Positions 15,193-25,154 of a stretch of 64,000 nt of DNA are shown here, piece after piece. Position numbers and translations under genes: made by a program. The stretch is from a virus. Lineage: Duplodnaviria; Caudoviricetes. The stretch spans positions 96,001-160,000 of IMG/VR virus record IMGVR_UViG_3300020048_000007; one strand, written 5' to 3'. The notes beneath the pieces were generated by a model. The model was given only the letters and a program-made list of their open reading frames with translations. It was not told where the DNA came from and made no database searches. Each line of letters starts with the position of its first letter. Positions within the stretch are counted from its first letter, which is position 1.

Positions 15193-17466
15193 TCACACAA
15201 GACCCCCGTCGGAAATTGCCCAGCCACGGGATACCAATGCAGACCGCGCAGCAGTTGCAGTTGAATCGTACTTGGAGCTGCCTGCGCCAAACCCACAGTT
15301 GCTCTGAGTTAGATAGGTATTTAGCGAGATTAGCAGGTTACTATATGCCGTAGCATCTAGCGTGACACCATAGAACATCAATTGAGCTGTAGAGGTCCCT
15401 GCAAGGCTGGTGCAATATCGTAATAGATCTGCATCGATTGAGAACCCATTAAGGCCAGTACAATCTCGAAATGTACTATCAAAAGCGCTAGTTGTAACTC
15501 CAGTGTTATAGCGGAATAGGTCAGTCGGTAGACTACTCAAACCAGTGCAATTTTGAAAAGTATTAGCAAAAGCACCAGTTGTAACTCCCGTGTTATAACG
15601 GAAGAGATCACTCGGAATACTGGTTAGACCAGTACAACCATAGAATGTGGTACTAAAAGCACCAGAAGTAACTCCAGTATTATACTGAAATAAACCAGCT
15701 GGTATGCTGGTCAAACCAGTACAACCAAAGAATGTGTTAGGAAAAGCATTATATGTAACTCCAGTATTGTAGCGAAATTGGTCAGTCGGTAGGCTAGTTA
15801 AACCAGTGCAATTTTGAAACGTACCAGAAAAAGCACCATATGAAACACCCGTGTTATAACGGAAAAGGTCAGCAGGTATACTGCTCAAACCAGTACAGTT
15901 TAAAAAAGTATTAATAAAGGCGTCATTTGTAGCTCCAGTGTTATATTGAAAGAGACCAGCTGGAATGCTGGTCAAACCAGTACAACCATTGAATGTGGTA
16001 CTAAAAACCTGTTGTGATACTAAGGTATTATATTGGAAGAGACCACCAGGAATACTAGTTAAACCAGTACAGCCTGTGAATGTGCTACTAAAAGCAAGAG
16101 TAGTAACTCCAGTATTGTATTGAAAGAGACTACCTGGAATACTAGTCAAACCAGTACAAGAATTAAACGTACCAGAAAAAGCACTCGTAGTAACTGCAGT
16201 GTTATACTGAAATAGTCCCGCTGGAATACTAGTTAGACCACCACATTCACGAAACGTATTGGAAAAAGCAGTAGTTGATACTAGAGTGTTATAACGGAAA
16301 ATATCATCTGGAATACTAGCCAAACCAGAACAACCTTGGAATGTGCCAGAAAAAGCACTCGTAGTAACTGCTATATTATACTGAAATAGACTTGCTGGTA
16401 TGCTGGACAAACCAATGCAATTAAGAAACGTATTGGTAAACGCATCCGTTGAGACTAAGGTGTTATACCGGAAAAGATCATCTGGAATACTAGTTAAACC
16501 AGTACAGCCTCGGAATGTGCCACTAAAAGCAAGAGTCGAAATTTCTGTATTATATCGAAAGAGATCGGATGGAATGCTAGTAAAACCAGTGCAATTATAA
16601 AACGTGCTACCAAAAGCATTGGTAGTAACTGCTGTATTATACTGAAAAAGACTTGCTGGAATACTGGTCAAACCAGTGCATCCAAAAAACGTGTTACCAA
16701 AAGCACTAGTTGTAGCTCCCGTGTTATACCGAAAAAGATCATTCGGAATACTTGCTAGACTAGTGCAACCATAGAATGTAGTGCTAAAAGCACTAGTTGT
16801 AACTCCCGTGTTAAAACGGAAAAGATCAGCCGGAATGCTAGTTAGTCCAGTGCAGCCTCGAAACGTAGTGCTAAAAGCAGTAGCTGAGACTAAGGTATTA
16901 TGGCGGAAAAGGCCATCTGGAATTCGAGTTAGACTACTACAATCACGAAATGTGCTACCAAAAGCACTAGTTGTCACTCCCGTGTTATAACGGAAAAGAT
17001 CATTTGGAACACTTGCTAGACTAGTGCAACCACGAAATGTATTAGTGAAAGCGCTAGCTGTGGCTCCCGTGTTATAACGGAAAAGATCAGCAGGAACGCG
17101 AGTTAAGCCAGTACAACCATTGAAAGTGCTATTCCAACTGGTCGAAGCGAGCGCCGCGCTTGCTGGAAAAGCGGACGTCGCTCTAACCAAAGATGGATTG
17201 GTCGCGGCTACAGCTAAGCTTAATGCTACACCACTGATTATAGACACAGTTACCGTATAAGTCCCAACCACAGCGTAAGAATGAGTTTTAGTACCTGTAG
17301 TCGAATATGTGTCAGTCGTGCCGTCGCCCCAGTCAACGGTCGCGCTGACTGAAGTGCCTGAAAAACTGACGCCAAATGCTTGGCTGATCGCTGTGGTTTG
17401 AATAGTCAGCGTCCAAGCGGTTGGTGCAGTTAAGGTGGTTTGGTTACGATTCAGTGTAGCTAGCAT
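15193..17466 (-). CDS. PKD-domain + BspA/DUF285-type leucine-rich-repeat protein, putative tail adhesin
   Basis: ATVDWGDG..THSY..GTYTVT (PKD); 19 x 29-aa repeats; C-cap YSNLL..SSKY..GWAISDGG; ATG overlaps the upstream stop (TAATG). Confidence 0.85.
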   Translation of the reverse strand: MLATLNRNQTTLTAPTAWTLTIQTTAISQAFGVSFSGTSVSATVDWGDGTTDTYSTTGTKTHSYAVVGTYTVTVSIISGVALSLAVAATNPSLVRATSAFPASAALASTSWNSTFNGCTGLTRVPADLFRYNTGATASAFTNTFRGCTSLASVPNDLFRYNTGVTTSAFGSTFRDCSSLTRIPDGLFRHNTLVSATAFSTTFRGCTGLTSIPADLFRFNTGVTTSAFSTTFYGCTSLASIPNDLFRYNTGATTSAFGNTFFGCTGLTSIPASLFQYNTAVTTNAFGSTFYNCTGFTSIPSDLFRYNTEISTLAFSGTFRGCTGLTSIPDDLFRYNTLVSTDAFTNTFLNCIGLSSIPASLFQYNIAVTTSAFSGTFQGCSGLASIPDDIFRYNTLVSTTAFSNTFRECGGLTSIPAGLFQYNTAVTTSAFSGTFNSCTGLTSIPGSLFQYNTGVTTLAFSSTFTGCTGLTSIPGGLFQYNTLVSQQVFSTTFNGCTGLTSIPAGLFQYNTGATNDAFINTFLNCTGLSSIPADLFRYNTGVSYGAFSGTFQNCTGLTSLPTDQFRYNTGVTYNAFPNTFFGCTGLTSIPAGLFQYNTGVTSGAFSTTFYGCTGLTSIPSDLFRYNTGVTTGAFANTFQNCTGLSSLPTDLFRYNTGVTTSAFDSTFRDCTGLNGFSIDADLLRYCTSLAGTSTAQLMFYGVTLDATAYSNLLISLNTYLTQSNCGFGAGSSKYDSTATAARSALVSRGWAISDGGLV
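15460..17112 (-). repeat. 19 tandem imperfect 87-bp repeats encoding TGLTSIPxxLFxYNTxVTxxAFxxTFxxC
   Basis: Counted in the translation; boundaries checked against the DNA (19 x 87 = 1653 bp). Confidence 0.92.
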
Positions 17467-19094
17467 TAGAAATTCTGGCCCCCGGCGAATCCAAGCCAAC
17501 TTGTCCCGCCGTCAGATGAAAAGAAAGAGAATACGTCAATCTTGCCTAGAGTCGATGTGAGCGTTGGGACAGCACCGCCTGCCCACTTGATCGCCGCACC
17601 CCAATCTATAGCACGATATGTACCATCAGCTGTGAATATTAAAGTGAATGAACCACCAGAGCCACTAGCAGGTGGATTACTGATGGTCAGAGTCGTTATT
17701 GACGCATTGAGCGAAACCGTAAAAATATTCGATGTTTGAAGATTAAGCGTAAGTGTGTTCGATGAGATTGTTGGGGATGAGACAGTTTCACTGTAATCCC
17801 GAATCTTCGCACGAATCAGCTCGTTGTCCTGAAGATCTTGCGAGCCAGTAAAAACATTAGCCCCAGTGGCCGCAGGTATATCGAGATCTCTTATGAACAG
17901 CTCTCTATTACCAGCAGCGTTTAGAACACAGGTAATATCCCAACCAGTGCCTTTTAAAGACTTTAAAAGAGGGGTAGATGTGGAGTAGAGCCTGACTGTG
18001 CCGTTTTGTATCAAAATAATTCGAATTCGACTACCCAATGGCCATTCATCTATCTGAGGGGTAGCTCCACTGCCGATGGAAAAGGTAAAGTCGACATTTC
18101 CATTTGCAAGATACAATACATTAGAGGGAGTATCGCCAGCCGGATCAAGAAGAAATCCCATAGAAACAGTTGGCCCATTAGCCAGAATAGTGTGTTCTCT
18201 TAAATTTTTTATCTCTGCTTCTTGCATATCTAAATAGTTAGATAGAAAAACACTGCCCACGGTGGAATTCCCATACGTACTAGGATCTGGATTAGGGGCC
18301 CCACTGACCACTTTTACCGACTTCGAAGTCGGATAAAACTCATTTGAAAATTCAAAACCTGAACTAAGTGTAGCCAAAAGACCGTTATATCGAAGTGTCA
18401 CACCATTTAAATAGTCCAATTCGATAGACTGATCGGTAACCCCCCCCGCAGAATCCAAATAATTATATAATCCAGACGAAAATTTCGTGTTGTCTGGGTC
18501 GTTAACAGTTTTAAAATATGTCCAAACATCGATATCTTCCACATTAACGTAAGAGCCTGAAACGTATGTGGTCGGAGAGTTGCCTAGGTCATATATTAAG
18601 CCTCTGTAGAATTTGAGCAAGTGCCCAGAGACGTTACTATTTGTAGTCTCACCTATAAGGTAAACCGAATCACCCGGAAAATTTAATGAAATGTTAGACC
18701 CGACTGTCGAGTTAGAAAATATTGGATAGTACTGGTCATCTACCAAAGAAGTTATATCACTCTGAGTAAGTGTAGAAGACACCAAGTTAACAAACTGATC
18801 AGAAGTCAGAGCAAGAGAAACGATTTTATTACCATCAGTAAAAGACACTTTGTTATCGTTGTTACTGCTGGTCTTAACAGTGGTTCTCTCTAATGAGTTA
18901 GCACTTATAAGAGTACCAATACCTGTTTCCCAATAACCAGATCTTGTATCGACAATGCTATAATAGCATGTGTCTCCAATATCCATAACTGTAGAAAAAG
19001 TCTTAAACCCAGACGGGCTGCCGGTCAAGATAGCAGTATTAAGGCCAATAACTCTCGTGTTTTCTTTGACTCTATCAGTTGTGATCAGTGCCAT
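17466..19094 (-). CDS. Tail fibre-like protein
   Basis: N-terminal MALITTDRVKE..SGFKTF..TCYYSI..WETGIGT module and C-terminal WAGGAVPTLT..DVFSF..DGGTSW..GQNF module seen in phage fibre proteins. Confidence 0.65.
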   Translation of the reverse strand: MALITTDRVKENTRVIGLNTAILTGSPSGFKTFSTVMDIGDTCYYSIVDTRSGYWETGIGTLISANSLERTTVKTSSNNDNKVSFTDGNKIVSLALTSDQFVNLVSSTLTQSDITSLVDDQYYPIFSNSTVGSNISLNFPGDSVYLIGETTNSNVSGHLLKFYRGLIYDLGNSPTTYVSGSYVNVEDIDVWTYFKTVNDPDNTKFSSGLYNYLDSAGGVTDQSIELDYLNGVTLRYNGLLATLSSGFEFSNEFYPTSKSVKVVSGAPNPDPSTYGNSTVGSVFLSNYLDMQEAEIKNLREHTILANGPTVSMGFLLDPAGDTPSNVLYLANGNVDFTFSIGSGATPQIDEWPLGSRIRIILIQNGTVRLYSTSTPLLKSLKGTGWDITCVLNAAGNRELFIRDLDIPAATGANVFTGSQDLQDNELIRAKIRDYSETVSSPTISSNTLTLNLQTSNIFTVSLNASITTLTISNPPASGSGGSFTLIFTADGTYRAIDWGAAIKWAGGAVPTLTSTLGKIDVFSFFSSDGGTSWLGFAGGQNF

Positions 19095-19124
19095 CATACT
19101 CTCCAAATGTTAGATACTGTATGT

Positions 19125-21113
19125 TTATTTATTATTCTTAGGAGCTTTAGTGTAGAAGTAGTCTCTTGGGGTGACAATCGGCTTACCCTGGCTTATAGGA
19201 ATAGCTCCAAGCTGCAACGTATAAGCATCGATAACTCTAGAAGCCACAGTCTCAGGAAGCTCTTCTGGGCTAAGTGCCATCGGCATCAAAGTCATTTGAC
19301 CACCCTTCTCAATAAAGCTCTTCTGGTAATCAATCATAGCGCTATCACCGTACAGCATCGGACCGGTCATGCTGGTGAAATCAATGCTGCCATTGGTAGG
19401 CATCATGTTGCCAGCATCAAGCACAAAACCGTCACTTGTGCCAACAAGCGCTAAAGCTGTGCTCATCACAAGGTCATCGAAGTTGCCAGCGCCGTCTTCT
19501 GCCTCTGTCCTGCCGGTGTCTCTGCCAGACCTATCTCTTTTCCTGACGTAGATCTGCAGCTGTTTATACAATCTCTTGCTGTAGATCTTCCATGTTTCTT
19601 CTGGATTAGCTCGAATACAATCAGTCAAGTACTTGTTTAGAATAGCCTTACTGGCATTGCTAGTGTTATAACCGTAATGCGATACTTTTAACGCTCGTTG
19701 CTTTCTTCTAGTGCCGCTTTGGGGTACAGGTTTATCATTTATGTCTTTTTTCCTCCAAAGCTTGGGGTAGTTCACATCATATCTTAAACTATCAATGACA
19801 ATGTCTCCGCCGTTGTTACGTTCCACAACAGCCACCGCGTTATTATAATAGCGTCCGATTCTGTCGACATATTTAACCAATTCTCTTGGTAGGACACGAG
19901 CCATAAATTCAGCTACTTGTTCCTGCTCCTCCAAGTCGAACACCTCTATTGCGCTATAGTCACGGCCTTTGCCTGTGGAAATATCGACACCCATCACGTA
20001 AGTGTGGGCGCCTTGGCCTGGGTCTACTATCTTGCCATTTATTCGTTTTTCTGGCAGAGCTATAACCGGTTTCTTAAAGATCCAGAGCCCCTGATCTGCG
20101 TCATCAAATTCGAAATCCTGCGCTTCGGATTGGCCTGTGACAGGGTGAATATATACCTGGGTTCCTTTAACTCGTGTCTCTGGGTCTCGAACAGTCGTCG
20201 ATATAAGCGACAGGACTTCTTTATCTAAAACGGTATTACCGCTACCAACAAAGGACGCGAGGATTTCCTGCTCGAATTTCCAGGCTTCGCCTTCTGAGAC
20301 AAGATTTTGATACTGGTGCTCTAACCATGGAGACCAATAAGGGCCATATTTCTTAATTTCATCTGGGTTTTTACATGGGCGAATTCCGTCTATCGGACAG
20401 ATCCTCACATCTTTTTTGCTTAACGGGTCAACATAATTAATGACCCAGTCCATATCCCACCAATTAATAACAATTGGGTTCCAACTATTTAAGCCAGCTT
20501 CCGCATCAACCCATGTATTCCAATACCATCCACCGATACCAGCAGTGGTGCTGATTGCTATAACACTACCACCCATGTTTAATGTGGGAGCTGCTGACGC
20601 CCACATTTCATCCATGCCTTGGATGAACGCTGCTTCGTCTATGATGTTTAACGAGGAGCTGTTAGAACGCATAACGTCAGGATGGCTTGTCAGACTGCTT
20701 ATTCTTGACCCGTTTGGGAAGATCACTTCGTGTTCTGTTTGCTTTACCGGCTTCCAGTTTTCCTTCATCCATTCGGGTAAATGGTTGAATGGGAACATAA
20801 TCTGCTCTCGTAAAAAACCCATTGCATCTTCGTTTCGGCGAGAGACTATAAGAATGGTTTTATTATTTTGAAACATCGCGTACCATAACGCAAAACCACC
20901 AGCGATTTTTGACGCGCCTACTTGTCTACATTTTTTGAAAATGTTAAATCTATTTGTTCTGAAGCATTTTAAAGCATGCTTTTGATAGTTAAAAACATTG
21001 AATGGAATTATACCAGCCATTGGGTGTTTGATCTTGCCGAAGTTTCTAAGAAACCATGAACATGATTTCTGGCACCGCTTGACAGCTTCTAACTGGTGTT
21101 TATCTAGTGCCAT
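19125..21113 (-). CDS. gp17: Terminase large subunit, T4 gp17-like
   Basis: FNVFNYQ (adenine motif), KKCRQVGAS (variant Walker A), IIDEAAFI (Walker B), STTAG, MGVDISTG..DYSA, VERNNGG, DDLVMS nuclease motifs. Confidence 0.95.
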   Translation of the reverse strand: MALDKHQLEAVKRCQKSCSWFLRNFGKIKHPMAGIIPFNVFNYQKHALKCFRTNRFNIFKKCRQVGASKIAGGFALWYAMFQNNKTILIVSRRNEDAMGFLREQIMFPFNHLPEWMKENWKPVKQTEHEVIFPNGSRISSLTSHPDVMRSNSSSLNIIDEAAFIQGMDEMWASAAPTLNMGGSVIAISTTAGIGGWYWNTWVDAEAGLNSWNPIVINWWDMDWVINYVDPLSKKDVRICPIDGIRPCKNPDEIKKYGPYWSPWLEHQYQNLVSEGEAWKFEQEILASFVGSGNTVLDKEVLSLISTTVRDPETRVKGTQVYIHPVTGQSEAQDFEFDDADQGLWIFKKPVIALPEKRINGKIVDPGQGAHTYVMGVDISTGKGRDYSAIEVFDLEEQEQVAEFMARVLPRELVKYVDRIGRYYNNAVAVVERNNGGDIVIDSLRYDVNYPKLWRKKDINDKPVPQSGTRRKQRALKVSHYGYNTSNASKAILNKYLTDCIRANPEETWKIYSKRLYKQLQIYVRKRDRSGRDTGRTEAEDGAGNFDDLVMSTALALVGTSDGFVLDAGNMMPTNGSIDFTSMTGPMLYGDSAMIDYQKSFIEKGGQMTLMPMALSPEELPETVASRVIDAYTLQLGAIPISQGKPIVTPRDYFYTKAPKNNK

Positions 21114-21120
21114 TCATTCC

Positions 21121-21621
21121 TCAATATTCGTCATCCATCGGATTTGCTAGAATGTCTTTAAGGTAATCGTCGCCTGTAGCGATGTTCAAATTATTATTAT
21201 TAACGGTTAATGAACCTGCCTTTGTTGCAGCCAGCATCTTCGCATTGACTTCCATTATCTTGACAGCCATCATATTCACATTAGCTTTAGTTTCCAAAAG
21301 CTTGGTCAGATTATCCGTGTACCCACGTGAGGGGATTCGTCCGTTATCCCTGTCTTCTCGTATTTCGTCGAACATTAAGTTCACGACTTCTTGGATTTCT
21401 GCTCTGTCTTGCTTGCAGGCTGTCAGCACTTCTTCTGTTACGATGTCTAGTTTTGCATGATATTTTATGACGTCAACTGGCGGGCTCTGCGGCTCTGCCT
21501 TCAATATAATTGGTTGCTCTGGAGCTTTTTTTTCTGACGCTTCTGGTATATTCAAAGCGTCATTGGGCTCGTCTGACTCATCATCAAGTTCTTGAAATAA
21601 TGCGTCTAATTCTTCACTCAT
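21121..21621 (-). CDS. Probable terminase small subunit
   Basis: Directly upstream of TerL; 166 aa with central coiled-coil and NNNNLNI tail typical of TerS. Confidence 0.45.
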   Translation of the reverse strand: MSEELDALFQELDDESDEPNDALNIPEASEKKAPEQPIILKAEPQSPPVDVIKYHAKLDIVTEEVLTACKQDRAEIQEVVNLMFDEIREDRDNGRIPSRGYTDNLTKLLETKANVNMMAVKIMEVNAKMLAATKAGSLTVNNNNLNIATGDDYLKDILANPMDDEY

Positions 21622-22102
21622 GTTCTTTTTTGCTGTCCGGCTCAGGGTTTTTGTCTAGCTCTTTTAAAATAGCATATGCGAAATTCGAATCGATTAATCG
21701 GTGCTCGATCAGATCGAGAATTATCTTTTTGTCTTTAATCAGCTCCGATATATTTTTCGCTTTTTCAAAGTACAAGGTGTCTGCTTTGGCCTCTGGCTCT
21801 TTTTTGTCTTCATGCATGGCTTGGATAGTCTTGGAACTATGTTTCCTGCCTAGCTTACCTCTGCCATGATTTTGTTTATTCTTTGGTTTTCGCTTTGGCT
21901 TTACCCGGCTATCAAAGGTCGGGGTACGTAATGGCTGGTGGCCATCTCGATCGATATGGGATTTGGTAGCATTAACTTGTGTACGCCGTCTTATTCTTTC
22001 TTGTACAGAAGAAGCTACACTATCATTTATAAGGGCATCAAAATCCTCAACGGTAACTGTCATATTTTCGATTTTGCTCAATATCTCTTCAAATATGTTC
22101 AT
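21614..22102 (-). CDS. Hypothetical basic protein
   Basis: 162-aa ORF overlapping neighbours; K/R-rich middle. Confidence 0.65.
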   Translation of the reverse strand: MNIFEEILSKIENMTVTVEDFDALINDSVASSVQERIRRRTQVNATKSHIDRDGHQPLRTPTFDSRVKPKRKPKNKQNHGRGKLGRKHSSKTIQAMHEDKKEPEAKADTLYFEKAKNISELIKDKKIILDLIEHRLIDSNFAYAILKELDKNPEPDSKKEHE

Positions 22103-23055
22103 TATCCAAAATCCTCATCATCAACGACATTCTTCCTTTTATCATATTTAAATTCACTATAAGTGCGGTTGAGAGGACTATCTGTAAATTCAAAGCTTCT
22201 CAATTTCACCATCTTGAGAAAATTGGTGACAATAGCCCTAGATAACCCAGATTCGTCTACCAATTTTCCTATTAGCCCGTCGTGGGGCCGATCATCAGTC
22301 ATCACTATTTTTTCTAAAGCATCTAAGATACTCAAATGGTCTGAACTATATTGGGATAATTGTCTGGCTTCTTGTAAAAATCTATCAACGATATTATTAT
22401 TGTTGCGTTGCCTTGTTCCTAGATGATTCATATAGTTATGACCATTCTTTCTGTCTCTGCCTTCTTTTTTAATATATGCTAAGATAACCGTTCTCGAAAT
22501 CTGGGACCACATATTAAAAACTTTACTCATGCCTCTGTAGATTATTGTCTCTGTACCCCCGAAGCATCCTTGTCTTGGTAAGATGTATGGATATGATTCT
22601 AATTTAGTGTTACAGTGCGGGCAGGTTGGATGATTTAATATTACCTGATCTATCTGAATGATACCATATTCTCTAACATCTGGCAAATAAAGAACTGAAT
22701 CGGCTGGTCTATCTGGGTTAAAGCACGTGCGGCAGTGTGGTCTTGATCGGTATTTGTACAGGGTGCGTTCTAGTTGGCACCACGCTGTTTGTAATAGATC
22801 TCCGAATGCCGATTCTTCTTGACCAGGGTATATCGTGTGCAAGCCTTGTTTTCTTATTATCTGCCTTATTAGCTCTGCTGCGTGGCTCATTATACTATCA
22901 CGTAACTCTATCCTTGTGCAGCCTGTCCAGATATATTGGGTCAGGTCCCATTCTACTTTTTCATTTATAAAATATAACTTTCTAAGCGGGGGCTCAACCT
23001 TTGTTGAGGTATCTACTGGTAATTTTCCAACGGTTTCTGATGAGTTCTGTTCCAT
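22102..23055 (-). CDS. Probable phage late sigma factor (gp55-like) with Zn-ribbon insertion
   Basis: N-terminal YFINE.., GDLLQTAWCQLERTLYKY..KVFNMWSQISRTVILAYIKKE resemble sigma region 2; CRTC..CPHC insertion; follows the UvsW homologue as in T4-like cyanophages. Confidence 0.55.
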   Translation of the reverse strand: MEQNSSETVGKLPVDTSTKVEPPLRKLYFINEKVEWDLTQYIWTGCTRIELRDSIMSHAAELIRQIIRKQGLHTIYPGQEESAFGDLLQTAWCQLERTLYKYRSRPHCRTCFNPDRPADSVLYLPDVREYGIIQIDQVILNHPTCPHCNTKLESYPYILPRQGCFGGTETIIYRGMSKVFNMWSQISRTVILAYIKKEGRDRKNGHNYMNHLGTRQRNNNNIVDRFLQEARQLSQYSSDHLSILDALEKIVMTDDRPHDGLIGKLVDESGLSRAIVTNFLKMVKLRSFEFTDSPLNRTYSEFKYDKRKNVVDDEDFG

Positions 23056-24589
23056 CCATTAATCCACCAGGTAAGACAATTTTGACGGGATAGCCAGCCT
23101 CAATGATCGTTTGCATCCTTGCTTTTGAGTGCTGATAGAGATATTTATTACATCTGAAGTAGAAGTCGAATATGCGACTTTTACCATACTTGTTTCGGCG
23201 CAAAGCTCTACCTATTTTCTGAAGGAACTCAGATTGAAGCTTTCCACCGGACGCAATAATAAGTGTCTCACACCCGCCAGCAAGATCAAGGCCCCGATTA
23301 ATTATTTTACCACCAATGAGTACCTGCAACTCTCTACGCTCAAAAGAACGCAACGCTTCGTTTCGTTGCTTCAAAGGAGTCTTACCGTAGATGAATTCAG
23401 CTTTGATACCCGCCAGCAGCAAAGTCTCTTTAAGCCTTAACCCCAAAGCCTCTCTATCTACGATAATTAAAGTCCCATCATCATTCACACAATATTTCTT
23501 ACATAAATTTTTAATGATATTTGAATACTTCACACTATTTGTGATATGTTCATCATATGCCTCATCATACGCGGTAGACTCTTGAATACTACCATCAAGA
23601 CCGTAGGCAATCATAAAATATTCACAAGGAATAATCCGACCAAGCTCCGTCAACCTAGCACGAGTCTCCTTAAAAATTATAGACCCTAAATGCTCCTGTA
23701 ACACCAAAGCCTCTACAGGCTTTGACTTATCAAAAGGAGTGCCAGTTACACCATACCTTCTGCGACCCTTAAAATGATACCTAAATAAGGCTTTCCACTG
23801 CTCAGAAGTGGCTTTATCCGCTTCATCCACGATAAGCATCTCAGCTTCATGGACGTACTTCTGTAAAATCTTGGCGTTCTTCTTTCTGGTTTTAAAAGCC
23901 TGTACTTTCTTGTCCCAAATGTCGTATCTCTTTGAATAAGCCTTATCAGTTTCATTATGCTTCTGAATGGGCATCTCAGGGAACTTTGTGGGAGGAGATA
24001 TAGACTGTATAGAACCTACCACTATAAGCTGTCCATTGGGTTTTTTTCCAGCATAAAATAATCCAACTTCGTCAATAACATCACGCAGTTCTAATCTTTG
24101 CTTGATCTGGTCAATGATAACTGTCTGATCTGCCAGGATGATTGTCGGGCACTGTATTGCTTTGCATATTCCGCTTATGACTTCGGTTTTGCCGCCGCCT
24201 GTTGGAACGTCAACAATGCCACATTCGTTTAGGCACGCTTGCTTTATGGCATCTATTTGGTAGTCTTCGAGTTTTATGCCCGGTAAAAAGTCTTCATTAA
24301 TCAGCTCTGGGTCTATAATCTCATAGCCCCAAGCGTCGCGCTTGTCTACGACACGAATAGGAACATTATGCTTCTCACATGCTTTTTCTAAGAATTTTAA
24401 AAGAGGTCTTGCAAACCTCTTCTTAAGACGGTTGTATTTTCTGAATATCCCGTCCCAATTTCCTAGTTGCGTTGGGTCCACATATCTGTTTGGCTTGCTG
24501 ACACTGAATTCTACCCACACCATTTGGTCTTCAGCATCAGTTATATGGGTAAGGTATACATGCTGATTGTCGTGTATTTCGGCTATCAT
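22994..24589 (-). CDS. uvsW: SF2 DNA helicase, UvsW-like
   Basis: PTGGGKT, IVDEAD, GVTGTP, RGLD, QKIGRALR, IFDF motifs. Confidence 0.9.
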   Translation of the reverse strand: MIAEIHDNQHVYLTHITDAEDQMVWVEFSVSKPNRYVDPTQLGNWDGIFRKYNRLKKRFARPLLKFLEKACEKHNVPIRVVDKRDAWGYEIIDPELINEDFLPGIKLEDYQIDAIKQACLNECGIVDVPTGGGKTEVISGICKAIQCPTIILADQTVIIDQIKQRLELRDVIDEVGLFYAGKKPNGQLIVVGSIQSISPPTKFPEMPIQKHNETDKAYSKRYDIWDKKVQAFKTRKKNAKILQKYVHEAEMLIVDEADKATSEQWKALFRYHFKGRRRYGVTGTPFDKSKPVEALVLQEHLGSIIFKETRARLTELGRIIPCEYFMIAYGLDGSIQESTAYDEAYDEHITNSVKYSNIIKNLCKKYCVNDDGTLIIVDREALGLRLKETLLLAGIKAEFIYGKTPLKQRNEALRSFERRELQVLIGGKIINRGLDLAGGCETLIIASGGKLQSEFLQKIGRALRRNKYGKSRIFDFYFRCNKYLYQHSKARMQTIIEAGYPVKIVLPGGLMDGTELIRNRWKITSRYLNKG

Positions 24590-25023
24590 AGTGCTTTCGA
24601 ACTTGAATATATGTCTAGTACTTGGCTCACTTTATTACCGTCTTCGCTGACTATTCCTACACGTTTATCATCTCTGAATATAGCGTATCCGCCAACAGGG
24701 TACATCGATAGCCTACTTGATTCAATTGGACTTAAAACTTCCCATTTGCTCTCCGGTCCGAGAGCGACAAGAAGGCTAAAGGTCTCATCTTTGAATCGCT
24801 TTTGTGATTCGTATTTGTCGCAGTTATCCATTGTATTGCTCCTCAGATATTCTATGAGTCTTGTGTGCTCATCCAAGATGACATGGATTTTGCTGAATAG
24901 TCTTTCATGATTCTCTTCTGCGATTAACAGCTCGTTGATCACGTTGTCAAAGTCGTTGCATATTGTTGCTGCTATGGCGGCGATAACTATCATAGCAGCT
25001 ACAATCAGTATGATGTCTGGCAT
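24586..25023 (-). CDS. Hypothetical protein with N-terminal transmembrane segment
   Basis: MPDIILIVAAMIVIAAIAATIC followed by a soluble domain. Confidence 0.65.
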   Translation of the reverse strand: MPDIILIVAAMIVIAAIAATICNDFDNVINELLIAEENHERLFSKIHVILDEHTRLIEYLRSNTMDNCDKYESQKRFKDETFSLLVALGPESKWEVLSPIESSRLSMYPVGGYAIFRDDKRVGIVSEDGNKVSQVLDIYSSSKAL

Positions 25024-25055
25024 TTTGTGTCCTTATCTTTCAAATACTTTGAAGA

Positions 25056-25154
25056 TCATTGTTCTTCGTATGGGAACATTATTATTGCTATTTGGACGGC
25101 TAGTACGAGTATGACTAGCCATCCTAGATATTCGATTGATCTGAATGGGTTCAT
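25056..25154 (-). CDS. Unannotated 32-aa single-TM microprotein MNPFRSIEYLGWLVILVLAVQIAIIMFPYEEQ
   Basis: Start overlaps the upstream stop as ATGA (25151-25154); hydrophobic core; fills the gap. Confidence 0.65.
   Translation of the reverse strand: MNPFRSIEYLGWLVILVLAVQIAIIMFPYEEQ

Noticed and set aside
15460-17112. Possible CRISPR array or DGR variable/template repeats
   Set aside because: Units are contiguous in-frame 87-bp coding repeats with no unique spacers; variation is not adenine-restricted; no reverse transcriptase or non-coding template copy in the window
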